From NCBI RefSeq assembly GCF_009914755.1, contig NC_060931.1: a stretch of DNA of 64,000 bases; one strand, 5' to 3'. The notes below the pieces were generated by a model, which made no database searches, was not told the DNA's origin, and saw only the letters and a program-made list of their open reading frames with translations. Numbering within the stretch: the first letter of the stretch is position 1; every line of letters begins with the position of its first letter. The DNA comes from the human T2T-CHM13v2.0 reference genome, Homo sapiens. A program made the position numbers and the translations under genes. Shown piece after piece: positions 44,138-58,112 of the stretch.

Positions 44138-44957
44138 TAGTTAACTTTTTTCTGTGACTTTGTTAGTTTTTTTATTATACATTGGGTTATCACTAAAAGT
44201 ATCAGTAAGAATAGCACAAAACTATTTAAACAATAAAATCATGATTATTTTGATCACTGTCAAACATAAAATGTGCAAATCTATTGGTCACAAACTCAAA
44301 ATGCTATGATGAAGGAGACTTTGCCAATGTTTCAGCCGCACCTTTTGTGAGTGAAGTGCAGTGAGACACTCAGCCACGGGCAGATCAGTCCTGAGAAGAG
44401 TGCATGTGGGAACTGAGGGTCTCAAATTCAAGCCCTTAAATTGGAAATCCATGATTGGGTTGGTTTATTCCTTCATCTAAACCTGAAATATTTTCACTTT
44501 AGAAAGTTGATTGCCAGTTGTACACACACCTCCACATATTGCTGCAAGTAGGTGTGGGAATGGTTAATTTAGGAGGCTGCCCTCCTGGCTGCGTCCCTTC
44601 AGAGCTGAGGATACCTGAGGCACACTGTGGCTGCTGTCCCACCCAGGGGTGTAGGTCACCGCTGTACCTGCCCTCGTTTCTGAGCCTGCCTCCTCATAGG
44701 AGGCAGCCCTGGAGCCCCAGCTCTCCTAAGCATCTGGTGAGCCATCATGGCTGGATCAATTAGCATAAGCCCACCCCAGGTAAGACAGACAGTTCAGCCT
44801 GCTCTAAGTAGTCACTAAGCCCGATTTATATCCATGAGGTTCCTGAGGTCAGACCTGATGAGGAGGAAAATGCAATACATCAACATCCGCCTTTCCATTC
44901 TCCCCGCTATACTCGCAAAGTGAGTACAGCGACTCCTCCTGCAGCACCGGCTCTCAC

Positions 44958-45161
44958 CTCCCATTGAGCACGCTCCTCTTCTCCAGCCCGCTAGGCAGGA
45001 CCACGGTGACGTCCATGGTGCTGGCCCTCAGCGCCTCCTTCATGCGAACCAAGTTCTGCTGCGACCCGAGGGCCCCATCGTGGGGGGGCTTCTGGTCACT
45101 GTGCACATGCAGAGTGGCAGCCTTTCCAGGAGGTGGGGGAGCACGAGCCTTCATCTTCCTC
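44958..45161 (-). CDS. COBL: COBL coding exon 2 (204 nt, phase 2-2)
   Basis: Encodes (G)[23 protein letters not shown]...[10 protein letters not shown](S), recognised as the COBL N-terminus with the first KRAP (KrRAPpPP) motif. Acceptor gtttttaag|G, donor GAG|gtgaga. Confidence 0.96.
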
Positions 45162-45864
45162 CTTAAAAACAACAACACAAAGGCACAGAGTCAGTGGCAA
45201 TGTTCCTACCTGCCTCGGAATAATTCGTTCTTACACATACTCAGGTCTGTCTTCAGGAGCACCTTCCAAGTGCCACGGCCTTTTTAAAATCAATGTCCCC
45301 CAAACAAGTAAAAACTAATAAAGTAAACAAAATAGAGAAAGGGTTATTAAAAGGAAGCATTCCCGGAAAGAAACACCTTAAAAACATGCTTGCTGTCAGG
45401 GAGGTACACAAGCCTGTATTCACAGGATCTGGTCAAGGGGAGGGTGGGTGCAGCAGGGTTTCGCCCGACCCTTTCTGAATTGTCACAGGGATGACACATC
45501 ACACGAATTAATGATCACAATGAATCAGGTGGGCTCACTAACACATGTGACACTTTATTAAATCTTGCCCCAGCTCCAAATCTATGGCCAGTTCTGAGGA
45601 TCTGGAGTCCATGGATCCATGATCTCGAGGATGTGTTGTGCTAAATTAGCCAGAAAGTCGATCACACCACCACCTGTCCACACGGCCACCGTGGACAGAT
45701 GCGGCTGTTTGGCAGGGAAAGGATGCGGGTGATGGTAAAGGGATTACTAACGCATAACCCCCTTTGCCTTTGTTTTCACCTTATTTCAGACTGTGCTTCA
45801 AATGCTCAATTCACCTCGTGGGGTATTTCTAAACACCTGATGAGTCACCCACACTGAGGAACAT

Positions 45865-46036
45865 TTTCTTTTAACATTTATTTTAGGTTCAGGGGTCCAC
45901 GTGCAGGTAAATTGCGTGTCACCAGGGTTAGGTGTACAGATTATTCCATCACCCAGGTAGTGAGCACAGTACCCAACAGGCGGTTTTTCAATCCTCACCC
46001 TCCTCCCACCTTCCGCCCTCAAGTAGGCCCTGGTTC
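45865..46036 (-). mobile_element. ~170-bp L1 3'-end insertion (L1PA15/16 or L1PB-like)
   Basis: ttttaggttcaggggtccacgtgcagg...cccaggtagtgagcacagtacccaac; TSD ctga(g/t)gaacatttt. Confidence 0.85.
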
Positions 46037-47122
46037 TGATGAACATTTTTAGAAATTCTTGTTTCCGCCAGATTAGCCAGGGAAAGCAACTGGCCTTGTT
46101 TTATACAGGTACCTTATTTTATACATAGAATACATATATATGTGTGTATATATATGTATGTACATATTTTGATTTAAGAACCTTACTTTATATAGGCCCT
46201 GGTATTTTATTGTCGTGGTAGCAGGTCGAGTACTTACTCGATACTTAACATCCACTAGGACCTATGCTAATAATAACCTTACCAAGTTTACCTTATTGAG
46301 AGATCTGTGGCTCACCTAAAGGCATACAATTATCCGGTGCCTGCACAGACATGGAACTCAGACCTGGCTGACTCCAGAGGGTTTGCTCCCGCTGCCTCCC
46401 TCCCGCTCTGGCCATACCCTAGTTAGAGGGTCCACAGAGAGGCAGTGAGAGCCTCAGCACACCTTCACCTCTGCTCAGAGTGGTCTTCCAAAGGCATTTG
46501 GCATGAGGGATCAGAGACACAGGAATTCCTTTCCTAGAAATTTACTCTAAACAATCCCACAAGACAGCATTGTGGGAGGCTCAAAGATGGTCATCACGAC
46601 ATAAATTCTAATGGCAAACAAATAACCCAACCATACATTAATAAATTAACACATCAAACAAATAATCTAATCATGCATCAATGAAAGACAATGTCAATAA
46701 ATTATGTTATACCAGAACTAGGCAAACATATCCTAAAAGTATATTGTTTTATGTGCAAAAATGCTCAATACAGGCTTTTTAAAATAACAAGTTTCAGAAT
46801 ATTATTTGTTTAGGAAAATTCTATTTTTAAAGAGAGGTCTACATTAATTATAGCAATGGATCATATAGCAGTTTAGAAAGATAAAGAATTGGCAAAAATG
46901 ACCTTGGGTGATGGGTAGTATGACATATGTTTTGCTATTTTTATTTCTACACATTTCCTAATTGTTCCATAGTTATCACTTGTATATGTATTACTTATAA
47001 AATGAAAGAGGTCATTTAAAACGACAGCAAAAGTGATTAGATGAGGCTGTAAACTTACTGACATTCATGTCACTGGTTAATGTAAAGTTACGCACATTCA
47101 CGTCATTAAAATAACATTCAGG

Positions 47123-47432
<310 letters not shown>

Positions 47433-49150
47433 TAAAATAACATTCAGATCTCATCCTCTGCTATAAGTAGGTATAAATTCTCTTTTTCTTATTAAAAGGC
47501 TTATACTTACAATATTTATAATTTTTGTTATATCTTTATCCATTATATACTTCTTTCAATTTATAGAAATAAAAATAAAATAGTCAACATATATGGCACC
47601 ATTGTAAGGACTAAATATTTATTCAATTCCTCAGTATACCACTTTAAGGAGGTATTACTGATATTCCTATTTTATAGCTGAAAGTGTGAGCACACCTTCC
47701 CAATGTCACAGAGAGGTAAAACTGACAAACTGAAGACAATTTGGTTTCAAAGCCTGAAATTTTAACCACTATGTTATTCAGTCATTATTAGAAAGAACAG
47801 ATTCCATACCATTTCAGAGATGGAAAAAATCAAGACAGAGAGAAACAGCTTATGGATTCTTTCATTAACCACCCTTTGGTCTAGGGGTAGAGGCCCAGGC
47901 TCGGAGACATTAGCATTACCTCCCAAAGGTGTTTTCAGGGAAAAAAAAAAAAAGTGTTTTTCATTTTTAGGAAAAGAGTATCTTTTCCAATTTAGCTGGC
48001 TTGGACTCCTTTAGAACTCACCAGTTCAAATAGGAAGCAGCATTTATTCATTTAGCCGGCACCACAATGGGAGTGAGAGGCTGGAGAGAGTCGGGAGAGG
48101 TTTTGACTGCCCCACACTTATCCCCAACAAATAATCTGTCCCCAGCTACCCAGAGGCACCCTTGTAATAGAATTTTATCCACCCTCCCTCCCCACGTCCA
48201 GTGTCAACACCCTGGTCCAAGCCCTCATCTCTACAGCACACACAAAGGTGGAGTCACGTGAATCACATACGGTGTGTACTCCACCCTTCCCTCCACAGTG
48301 TGACTAGGAGCAGCCTGCGAGGGCTGTTGTCTTCTCAGGCCTGACTTTGCTCGGGGCACGCACTGCTTACACGCCTGGCAGGGCCCACTGGCTGTGGCCT
48401 AAGCTGCAACCAGCAGGCTGCAAGGGCGGCAGGGAGGTTTGTTTGCCCAGCAGAGTGCTGTGAGCATTAGTGTGTACATGCATGTGTGTGTGCCTGCGTG
48501 TGCACGTGTACACATTAAAGTTAGCCAACATTTAAAAAATTGTAATATGTCACACTAACAAAATGAATTTTGGGCTGCTTTTGGGGAAAAAAGGTTTGAT
48601 GATGCCTGGACATCTTCACAGTAAAAAACGGCTGTGTGTTTCCATCTGGACCTATTGACCACTGGACCTGTTGGCTCAGTGACGTCACACATCTGTGCCC
48701 TGTAGGGCTATAAACTCACATCCAAACTTCCAGAGAGTCTGAAGATCTCCACCAGCCCTAGACCTGAACCATTCTTCAATATCCTCCACTCTTCTGGCAA
48801 TTGGCCTACAGCTCCAGTTTCCAGGAAACCAACCAGTCCCCCAACTGCCTTGGCCTCACTGTACTCTCTGCCTCACTTGTTCTGCTCTCAAAGACATGGC
48901 TCAAAACTATGTCGTCAGAGAACCCATTTCTGGGTGCTCCAGGCCTGGGCACACACATAGCTGAGATCAGTGATATCTACGTTGGCTGCACTGTGGCTGG
49001 AAGCACTTGGGGAGCTTAAAATATGCCCAGGTCCTATCATGGACCAATTAAATCTGAATACCAATTCAATTATTATTTAACAATTCTAGAAGGCAGCAAG
49101 GACATTTGTATTCTCAATATGTAGCATAATGTAGTTCATATTTGTGGGTG

Positions 49151-49482
49151 CAGACATCTACCACATAATGCTTCAGTCACTGACAGACCACATATATAAA
49201 GGTAGTCCCCTAAGACTGTAATACCTTTCCTATGGTTAGATATGTTGAGACATACAAATGCTTACTATTGTGTTACACTTGCCTACAGTGTTCAGCACAG
49301 TAACATGCCGCACAGGTTTGCAGCCCAGGAACAATAGGCTACAGCATACAGCTAGGTGTGTAGTAGGCTCTACCATGTAGGTATGTGTTGGGTACATTCT
49401 GTGATGTTCACCCAAGGATGAAGTCCCTTAAGGATACATTTCTCAGAGTGCGCCCCTATCATTAAGCTATGTATGACCGTAC
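49151..49482. mobile_element. Tigger3a (Golem/MER7A)-like DNA transposon
   Basis: gaccacatatataaaggtagtccc...gcctacagtgttcagcacagtaacatgc...gcaataggctacagcat...cattttctcagag. Confidence 0.75.
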
Positions 49483-49867
49483 TTAAAAATGCTTATTGAT
49501 GATGATGATATTGACACTGCTGAAAATTATACATAGTTCCTGCTTACAAGAAACACTGCGTACTTATAAAAGCCTGAGATAGGAATGAAAAAGAGATTGC
49601 AGAATAATAAATGTTCCAAACGAGCCAAGCTTTCTGAGGGAGAAAAAACCTGTGTGGACCTCATTAGTGGAGTATCCACCCTAACACCCTAGCCGAGGTG
49701 GCCTTGAACAGTCTTAAAGATGAGCAGAAATTTCATATATGAGAAAAAGAGACAAAGCCTGGGGCAGGAGGAGAAGTCCCCAAAGAGAAAAAGGAAAAAA
49801 AAAAATGCTGTACTGCACATCACAGGAGAAGACGCTAAAACAGCATGCCCGGGCTAGGGACAACTGA

Positions 49868-50135
<268 letters not shown>

Positions 50136-50537
50136 CATGTGGGTGACCTGTGCGTGTGGGCGGCCCGTGCATGCGGGGGCGGCCCGTGCATGTGGGCAGG
50201 CTGTGAGTGTGGGTGGACTGTGTGTGTGGGTGGACTGTGTGTGTGGATGGCCTGTGCACGTGGATGGCCTGCACAGGTTTAGACCAGGCTTGTTCCCCAT
50301 TGTCTGTTTCGTGCTTTCAGTGTGGCTTCTGTTAAACGCAGGCACCATCCTGCAGCTAACACAGTCACAGCACAAAACAGAAAACGCCTGGCTTCCTCTG
50401 CCTGTGAGTGGCTCAGCCTGGGAAAGAATGGCTGCTATTTACGTGGGGACTCCACATCTGTACTCGGTTGTGAAAAGTCATTAGCTTACCAAGCAGGGGA
50501 TGCCTTTCTCAAACATCTGTGCAGATGTCATGTGGTT

Positions 50538-50684
50538 GAGTCTGAGACTCAGATGCATGTGGCAGTTTAAAAAGAGTAGGCCTTCTGCACAAGTCTAAAG
50601 AGGCCATCAGACCTGGGACCTTGCCCGGCTCCTGCTGGGCACACCCATCGCAGGTGCTCCCGGCTGGCAGTGCACACAGGCTGG
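50538..50684. repeat. Left arm of a ~145-bp inverted duplication (partner 52748-52892)
   Basis: Manual alignment to the reverse complement of 52748-52892: 113/130 identical and ungapped over the first 130 bp. Confidence 0.95.
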
Positions 50685-51749
50685 GTAATCCAGCTTTCCT
50701 TCCTCTCACCCCCTCCAGTAGGAGGCAGGGCAGGTCCTTGGGACTCAGCAGGGAATGAATCACAGCACACACAACTCAAGCTTCCTTTGATCTATTCAGG
50801 TTGAAAAACCTGGGTGTGCCCTGGCAGGAACTGTTTATAAAATGAAAAAGTATATATATGAAAACATTTCTGCCATTTCCAAGGTCATCAACCATAGCTC
50901 TAAATGATTTTAGCTTAAAACCATCACACATTTACTAAGTTTCAGGATGACGCTTGTTAATTCCCACATCAGCTGGAAGCTCCCAGCTGGGTTTTTATTC
51001 TGAGAGCTCTTCAACATTCAGCAGAAGGCTTGAAATCCACTCACTGAAAGTCAGAGGGTCTTAGGTGACATGGTGCAGTGAATGCAAATCGCAGGTGTGA
51101 GGCCCAGGTAGCTGAATTAAAACCTAACTCTATAGGTGACAGCCACTGCCCAGCCAGGCTGGTCAGGCTGAGGTAGACAGGGACTGCATGCTGAAAAGGG
51201 AAAATTCATGCGTCTCTGTACTTTCCCAGACCCTGAGTTCAAAAGCACTATGCTTTACATCTTCCATCTTTCCAGTTGGAAATGTCATCTGTGGACCTGA
51301 AGGTATAACAATTTCTTACTGTCCAAGAAAAGTGGACTGGGAAATCCACAGTGATGCTGAGGCCAGCTGACCTGAATGGCACCTCTACACCATGGGTGCC
51401 TGTTTACCATGTTGGCTACTCTGGCTGGCTGCTGGCAAACCACATGTGCTTAAAGGGAATTTCAGAGAGAAACCAGGCACACCCGGCTCTCCTGGCTAAG
51501 AGAGTCTGTTTATGCTGCAGGCAGAAGGGAGTTGCCATTCTCTCTCCATGAGATTCTTCAGCAATAGGATGTTTGCTTCATCCTGTTTACAAGCGGTACA
51601 TAAGCTGTGTCTGGTTTGTGTCTGGCTATTTATTTGCAGCCACAGTTGTAGACTTCCCTCTACCAAGGGAAGAGGAACCATGACTTTCTTGTTCATCACT
51701 GGTAAGTGAAGTGCTGGGCCCAGGGAAGGAATTCGGTCACCACTGCGTT

Positions 51750-51833
51750 GAGTGAGTGAGTGAGTGAGTGAGTGAGTGAGTGAGTAAGTGAGTGACTAAG
51801 TGAGTGAGTAAGTGAGTGAGTGAGGGAGTGAGT
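51750..51833. repeat. (GAGT)n tetranucleotide repeat
   Basis: Seen directly. Confidence 0.95.
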
Positions 51834-52747
51834 TGGGATTCAGCTGCCAAGTCAGTGCCCAGTTTTCTCAGCAATAATAAAAAGTCAGAAAGATGTCCAG
51901 AAACAAATGCCCAGAAGACAGCTGAGTGCTACCGCAGCCTGCAGAACTGGTTACCAAAGAGGGGAATGAGGAATCCTCGCATCCTGTACCAGCTCCCACA
52001 TCCCTGAGTCCAACACTAATCTGATTTAAGCCCTCATTTTCTAAACATGCCATGATCCAGCCACCATGCCACACTGTGTATGTTCAATACCCCTGGCAAC
52101 TTCATATGCAAGTGTATTCTCCCCATTTTACAGACAGGGTGGCTGAGTATCCAACCAGTTAAGTAACCTTCTCACAATCACACAGCTGGAAAAGACTGGA
52201 ATTCCAGCCCAGGTCTTTCTGAGCCTAGGACACCACCTACACACTTTGCACCGCCTCCAGCCTTAATTACTTCTTGAAAACAAGCACCGGGGTTCCTGGC
52301 AGACTGATGCTAGGATGTTTGGACTCCTTGACACATACTAGAACGCTGGTGCCCTGCAGTGCCGGCTGATGAGCGGTGAGGTTAGAGAATACTCTTCAGT
52401 GAAGGTTTCCAGCACACAGTTGTAGAGACGCCCCCTTTACTCTGATGTGGGGTCTGGACAAGCCTTATTTGCAAACTGAGTTGGGCCTCCAAGAACTTCC
52501 TTCAGTGCTCAAGGTTCCACGAGGCTCAGATGGACGCATGGGGACTGTGTTCAACTGCCTCAGGAGACAGAGGAAGACTGGAGTCACAGGGAGATGGAAG
52601 GACGTGCCCCGGCATGACATGAGGTAGGTGGCAGAGCTGGAACAGACCCCAGATTAGTCTCAAGCATCCCTGAATACACCTTTAGGGTCAGGTACTTCTT
52701 TGAGTATCTGATGAAGGCCATGGACCTTCTTCCAGGCAAGATGCACT

Positions 52748-52892
52748 CCAGCCTGCTTGCCACCAGCCAGGAGCACCTGCTATGGGTGTGCCCAGCAGGA
52801 GCTAGAAAAGATCCCAGCTCTGATGACTTCCTTAGACTTGTGCAGAGACCCTGCTCTTTTTAAACTGCCACATGCCCCTGAGTCTCAGACTC
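52748..52892. repeat. Right arm of the ~145-bp inverted duplication (partner 50538-50684)
   Basis: Same alignment; also visible as near-identical peptides in ORFs 50509..50772(-) and 52757..53038(+). Confidence 0.95.
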
Positions 52893-55800
52893 CTAAGCCT
52901 CTTCCTTGTACATTATTTCTGCAAACCACCCTGATGACCAGGGACTCCAGATTAAGAATCCATGTAATACCTTTTCTTGGAGCTCAGCACCTCCCAAGCT
53001 CAGGGCAATGTTCCTGTGAAGACAAGAATTCCTTCTAATAGAGGAGAAGAGCTATCAGAGGAAAATCCCATCAAAGCTTTCCCTACTGTCTTGGCCCCTG
53101 CAAACAAAACGGAAAGCCAGAAAAACAGTCAACAGAAGATCCAGATAAGTAAGGGCTGAAATATGTGTCTATGAAACAATCACACTGCAGCCCACAGAAT
53201 TGTGGCATAAAAACAATAAATATCACACTGGAGCAATAAGCCAGGGAGAAACGACTTTACCCATCAAAACGCCACATTTCAGGGCACACAAAGGCACTGT
53301 CTGTTGAAAGTCTGCCCCAGGACACTCCACAGCTGTACACCATCCACCACATCCTGGTTACATGCTCTAGAGCTGGAAAAACATCAGGTCAAATCCAGCC
53401 ACGACGTGGCCACGCTGTGCATCTCCCCCAGATAAGCTCCTGTAATCTGTAGGCCTCAGTTTCCCCAAGAGCTGAACAGAGAGAGATTTCAGCTTTTATC
53501 AGCTGAGTAAATGGGAGGATTAAATGAGATGACCCCTGTAAAGTTTCTGGTATGGCACCGAGACACAGGTAGCACTCAATGACTGGTGGTAATTACAAAT
53601 TTTTTTACTATTATTATTAGCACGCTTACTCTTTTGGATTAAAAAAAAAAAGAAGCAGGCCTCTTGTCTCTGCGAGGGTAGAGTAGAAGCTGGCTCCTCA
53701 AAATGCCTAATAAAAGCTCATTTATGCAGCAAATGCATTCATAACTGCCTAAGAAATCCTACACAATAGAATTTCACAGTTTTGACCTGGGGGTGGGGGA
53801 AGCTTTCAGTAACTCAACATAAAAAGATTAGCTTTCTAGATAGGATTCTCTAAGACATAATAACAAAACATATCCATAACACTCACCAAACTAAACTCCA
53901 GGGCCTGTAGATATGGGAACACTGATATCTCACAACACATCAAGTAAATATTCAAAGAGGAACATTTGAGAGCCCAGTCCCACAGCTATTACTCAACTCC
54001 CAGCAAGTGAAGAAAGAGCCTGTCGGTGAGGATCACTTAACTATCGGCAAATACTCCATGCTCATGCTGAGCAGAGCAACCCCTGTTCCAAGTTTCAGAT
54101 AAAACCCTGAGTTACTACATTGTTCAATATTATAGAAAAAGGATATCTCCTTCAAAAAAAAAAGCAGTGCTAGTTTACTGAAGTTTGAACATTCTTAACA
54201 AATGAAATGGAATAGATCAGAGAAAACTTACTGATTCCCAAACCACCAGGCAATGTTTGCATACATCCCAAGCTGTCCCCTGCCCTTGCCTGGAGTGGGT
54301 TTGCTTTGCCCCCTAAAAGGAGCACAAAGGGCTTTCTACCGCACAGCCAACGCTGTTCCAGGAGCTAACGGACAGAAACCGCTCCTTGGGCTTCCCTGGA
54401 CGAGGAGTGCAGAGTGAAGCAGTGCCCTGAGAACTAGCAGAGGCATCCGATCCAATTCAGCTAGTGACTTATTCATAAATGTGCCACCCGATGCAGCTTT
54501 TCCCCGAGCAAGCCCGCGGTGCCGGCGCCTGTACTCCCGGCAACGGAAATCTCAAGTCATTTTGCAGAAAGACAGTGAGTGAATTGTCTTGGTTCACTTG
54601 TTCACAAACCCTCCAAGCCTGGAAAATGAGAATGAGACCGCGAGAGTTGTGAGGGAGGAAGGGCTGAGCTCGCCTTTCATCGGGATGCCTGGCAGCAACC
54701 TTACTTCCTTTTCCCAAGGTGCATTCGTCCACCACCTTCTTGGAGTTTTCCAGGGCAGGCAGCCCAGGTGATCCCTTCAGGAGAAAGCCTAATTATTCCC
54801 GGAGAGCCAAGTCAGCTCTGTACCTTAGCTGACCAACCTCGGCATTTGCTGAATTTGTATAAAGCAATTCTTGCCACCTCTCAGGCATGATTTAGTACAT
54901 TCTTTTCCTAAAGGAGTTTTGATTTTTTTCTTCTCTTATCCCCCAAAACTACGCAACCAGAAGCTCACTGCTTTCTTGCAGCCAGTCTCTATGTGGCAGC
55001 ATGGATTTTCAAGCTTGAAAGCCGTATTTGGTTTCTGCCAACCATTGTCCCAGGACTACAAAGACACGGCCAAACTGCTCAATATGTGCAGATGGATACA
55101 CCGTGAGCTTGACGGGCTCCCAGCTCCTGTCCAAGCAAGGGCCCGAAGGTCCCAGCAAGGGCACAGTAGGTTTGGGGATGGAGGGATCTGGTCATGCCTC
55201 TAGATCACACCCCTACCTTTAGCCCCTGCTGCCTTATCTGTGCAGGCTGCAGTATCACCTGAATTTAACCGTGTCCCTGACTGGCAGACCCCAGAGCTCT
55301 GGTTGACCTCGCTCCCCCACCAGGGAAGAGGCATGGCCAGGCCAGCACAGCCCTGAGAAGCAAGGAGTGTGCCCCCAGCTGCCCCCATCAGACACACACC
55401 TCCTCCAAGCTTCTCTCCTACGTGGACACCACACCTGCAGCACACTGCCACCTCGCTGCCACAACCTGAGGAGACTGTACCAGTCTGCTGGTTTCTAGGC
55501 CTAACAACACCCAATGAAGAGCTCTCCGGGGCACCACTGCCTCTCCTGCCTCTCCATTTCAGTCATGGCTTCATTATGTGCCAAGGTTTCTACCTCATTG
55601 TCATCTCTGTCTCTTCTTCCTCCCAAGGCCAAAGACTGCCAAGCTGATTCCAGCTCTGCCAAGGCTCAAACCCAGCCCCTCCTTTACCCCGTTCCTGCTC
55701 CACTGTTGCTCCTTTCCCCACACATGGGATTCTATCTGACTTCCTGCTGGCCCCTTCCCACCACCCCTGCTCCACTGCTGCTCGGGGCATTGTCTTCTCT

Positions 55801-57768
55801 CCCCCAGACTCTTACAGTGGACTCTGAAGGAATCTCCTGCATCACCTGCCTCCCCTTCTTGAGTCCCATTTCCACACACTGAAGATGAATATTCCTCAAG
55901 GACGGCTCCATCTGGCCATTCTTCCTAATGCAAACACGTTAGTGGTCCCTCTGCCCACTGGGTGAAGCCCAAACTCCTCTGTCTGATCTGCCTCTAACTT
56001 CAAGGCTATTTCCACCACACCCCTCATCGCCCACATCGTGGTTACTTGAACCCTGGTGTTTCTGCACGTGGGGCAGATCCCCTGCTATCCTGTCTCCATC
56101 AACCCTCACCAGCCTTCAGTGAGTGAATGAATGGAGTAAAGTCACAAAAGAGGAAGTCACACAAGACTTGACTCTAGAAGTGTCCCACAATGGCAGTGGA
56201 GATCAAAGGGGTACTACGGGAGAGAAGACTTTAGGGAAGTGACTGGGAGAGGGGTTAACACTGCCTGGGTTCAAATCTCAGCACCACCGCTAACTAGTGA
56301 GTGAACTAACACAATGTATTTAACTTCCTTTGGGTTGTATTTGGGATAACTACACCTTCTCCACAGGATTAGGCAAAAATTAAGTAATTTCATTCTTGTA
56401 AAACCCATACCACAGTGGCTGGGATCTAAGCCTTCAGTTAGTGTAAGTATTGTAACCCAGTGTGGAATCAAACCCTTCTGTTCTTACCTATTTGCTCTAG
56501 TGCAGAGGAAACCCCAGTGTGCTTCCCTTCCCCCTCTAACATGCTAAAGAGATGATGAATGATCAGCAAAAAGAAGTGTCTCCATGGCCAGCAGGTCTGT
56601 CTAGTAAGGACATCACAGTGGCCTCCTCCCCTCACCTGGTGCCTCTCCATCCTCTACCAAACCAAGCAGGGGTTCCTGGGGAGCCATATGCAGGGCTGGG
56701 TCAAGGGCCACAGACATGGAGCTGCAGAACTGCAGGCCTGAAGCTGCCCGGGAGCACTGTGATGTGAGTCTCTGGATCGGGGAAGTGCAGGAGCTTGAAA
56801 CAAATGCCTGTGTCCTAAGGAGCGCCAGAGGGTGGCTGGCCAGGGCTGTCCACAGCAGCATGCGACAGAGAGGTCAGAAGGTGGTTCCTGGAAGCAGGTA
56901 GCTGCTGCAGGGCTCAGGTGACCCAAGAGGACTTAGAAGGGGCCTGAACCAGAGGGCTGGGTGCAGGGTGGGCCGAGCCAGGAGAGGCTGTGGGCTCACA
57001 AGGCAGAAGCTGAGGGTGGGACCCCCACACACCCGCAGATAAACGCCACAAGAGCATGTGGCACCAGACCTGTAGCACCAGAAGGTATGCTGACCACCAG
57101 CAAAGAAGAGACCCTGCCCCTCATCCCCACCCAGCCATGGAAGCAGCACCTCGGGGGGAGGGGACCCAAGTCTAACCACAGCCACCCAGGCCTGAGCTCC
57201 TGCCATGGTCGGACCTGAGTGCAGTAGAGGGTGGGAAGGGGAGAGCTTCAGCTGGATGTGGGATTGACGCTGTCATTCAGAAGAGGCTGAACTTCCTAAC
57301 CTCTGAGAAATAGGACCGTTCTGGTAGACGATGCAGAGCTGAGTGCTATGGGCTGCCAAAACACCATCCCAGATAGAGAATCAGGAAAGAATGACTACAA
57401 TCTGTTGAGTCTAATCCATTCTACAAACCACTACACATGGTCACCTTCTTCATCATCACTTTCTTAGTCAAAAATGGAACTCTCCCCTCATCCCCCCAAA
57501 AAAGGAAGAAGAAAATAATAAAAAAGGAAAAGCACAGAATCACCATACAATATCAGTCTCTTCCTTTTGCCTTTTCTGGGGGACCATGAGGGGAGGGCAG
57601 AGTTGAGAGTTCCCACGACCCATCTGGCTGTGGGCTCTGGAAGGGGTGAAAATGGAGCCACACTGATGACCGAGAAAGCAGAGCCATGGAGAGGACCCCA
57701 CCAGTGCATCCCTACATTGAGATTCAGCCAGCAGGGGGATTCTTATTTTCTTAAGAAATAACAATCAG

Positions 57769-58112
<344 letters not shown>

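Noticed and set aside
45156-45164. NAGNAG tandem acceptor (AAG GAG) at exon 2
   Set aside because: A distal GAG acceptor is rarely used; no evidence available from sequence alone.
50509-53038. Two paralogous small proteins (87 and 93 aa)
   Set aside because: The similarity comes from the DNA inverted duplication; non-ATG starts and no gene structure.
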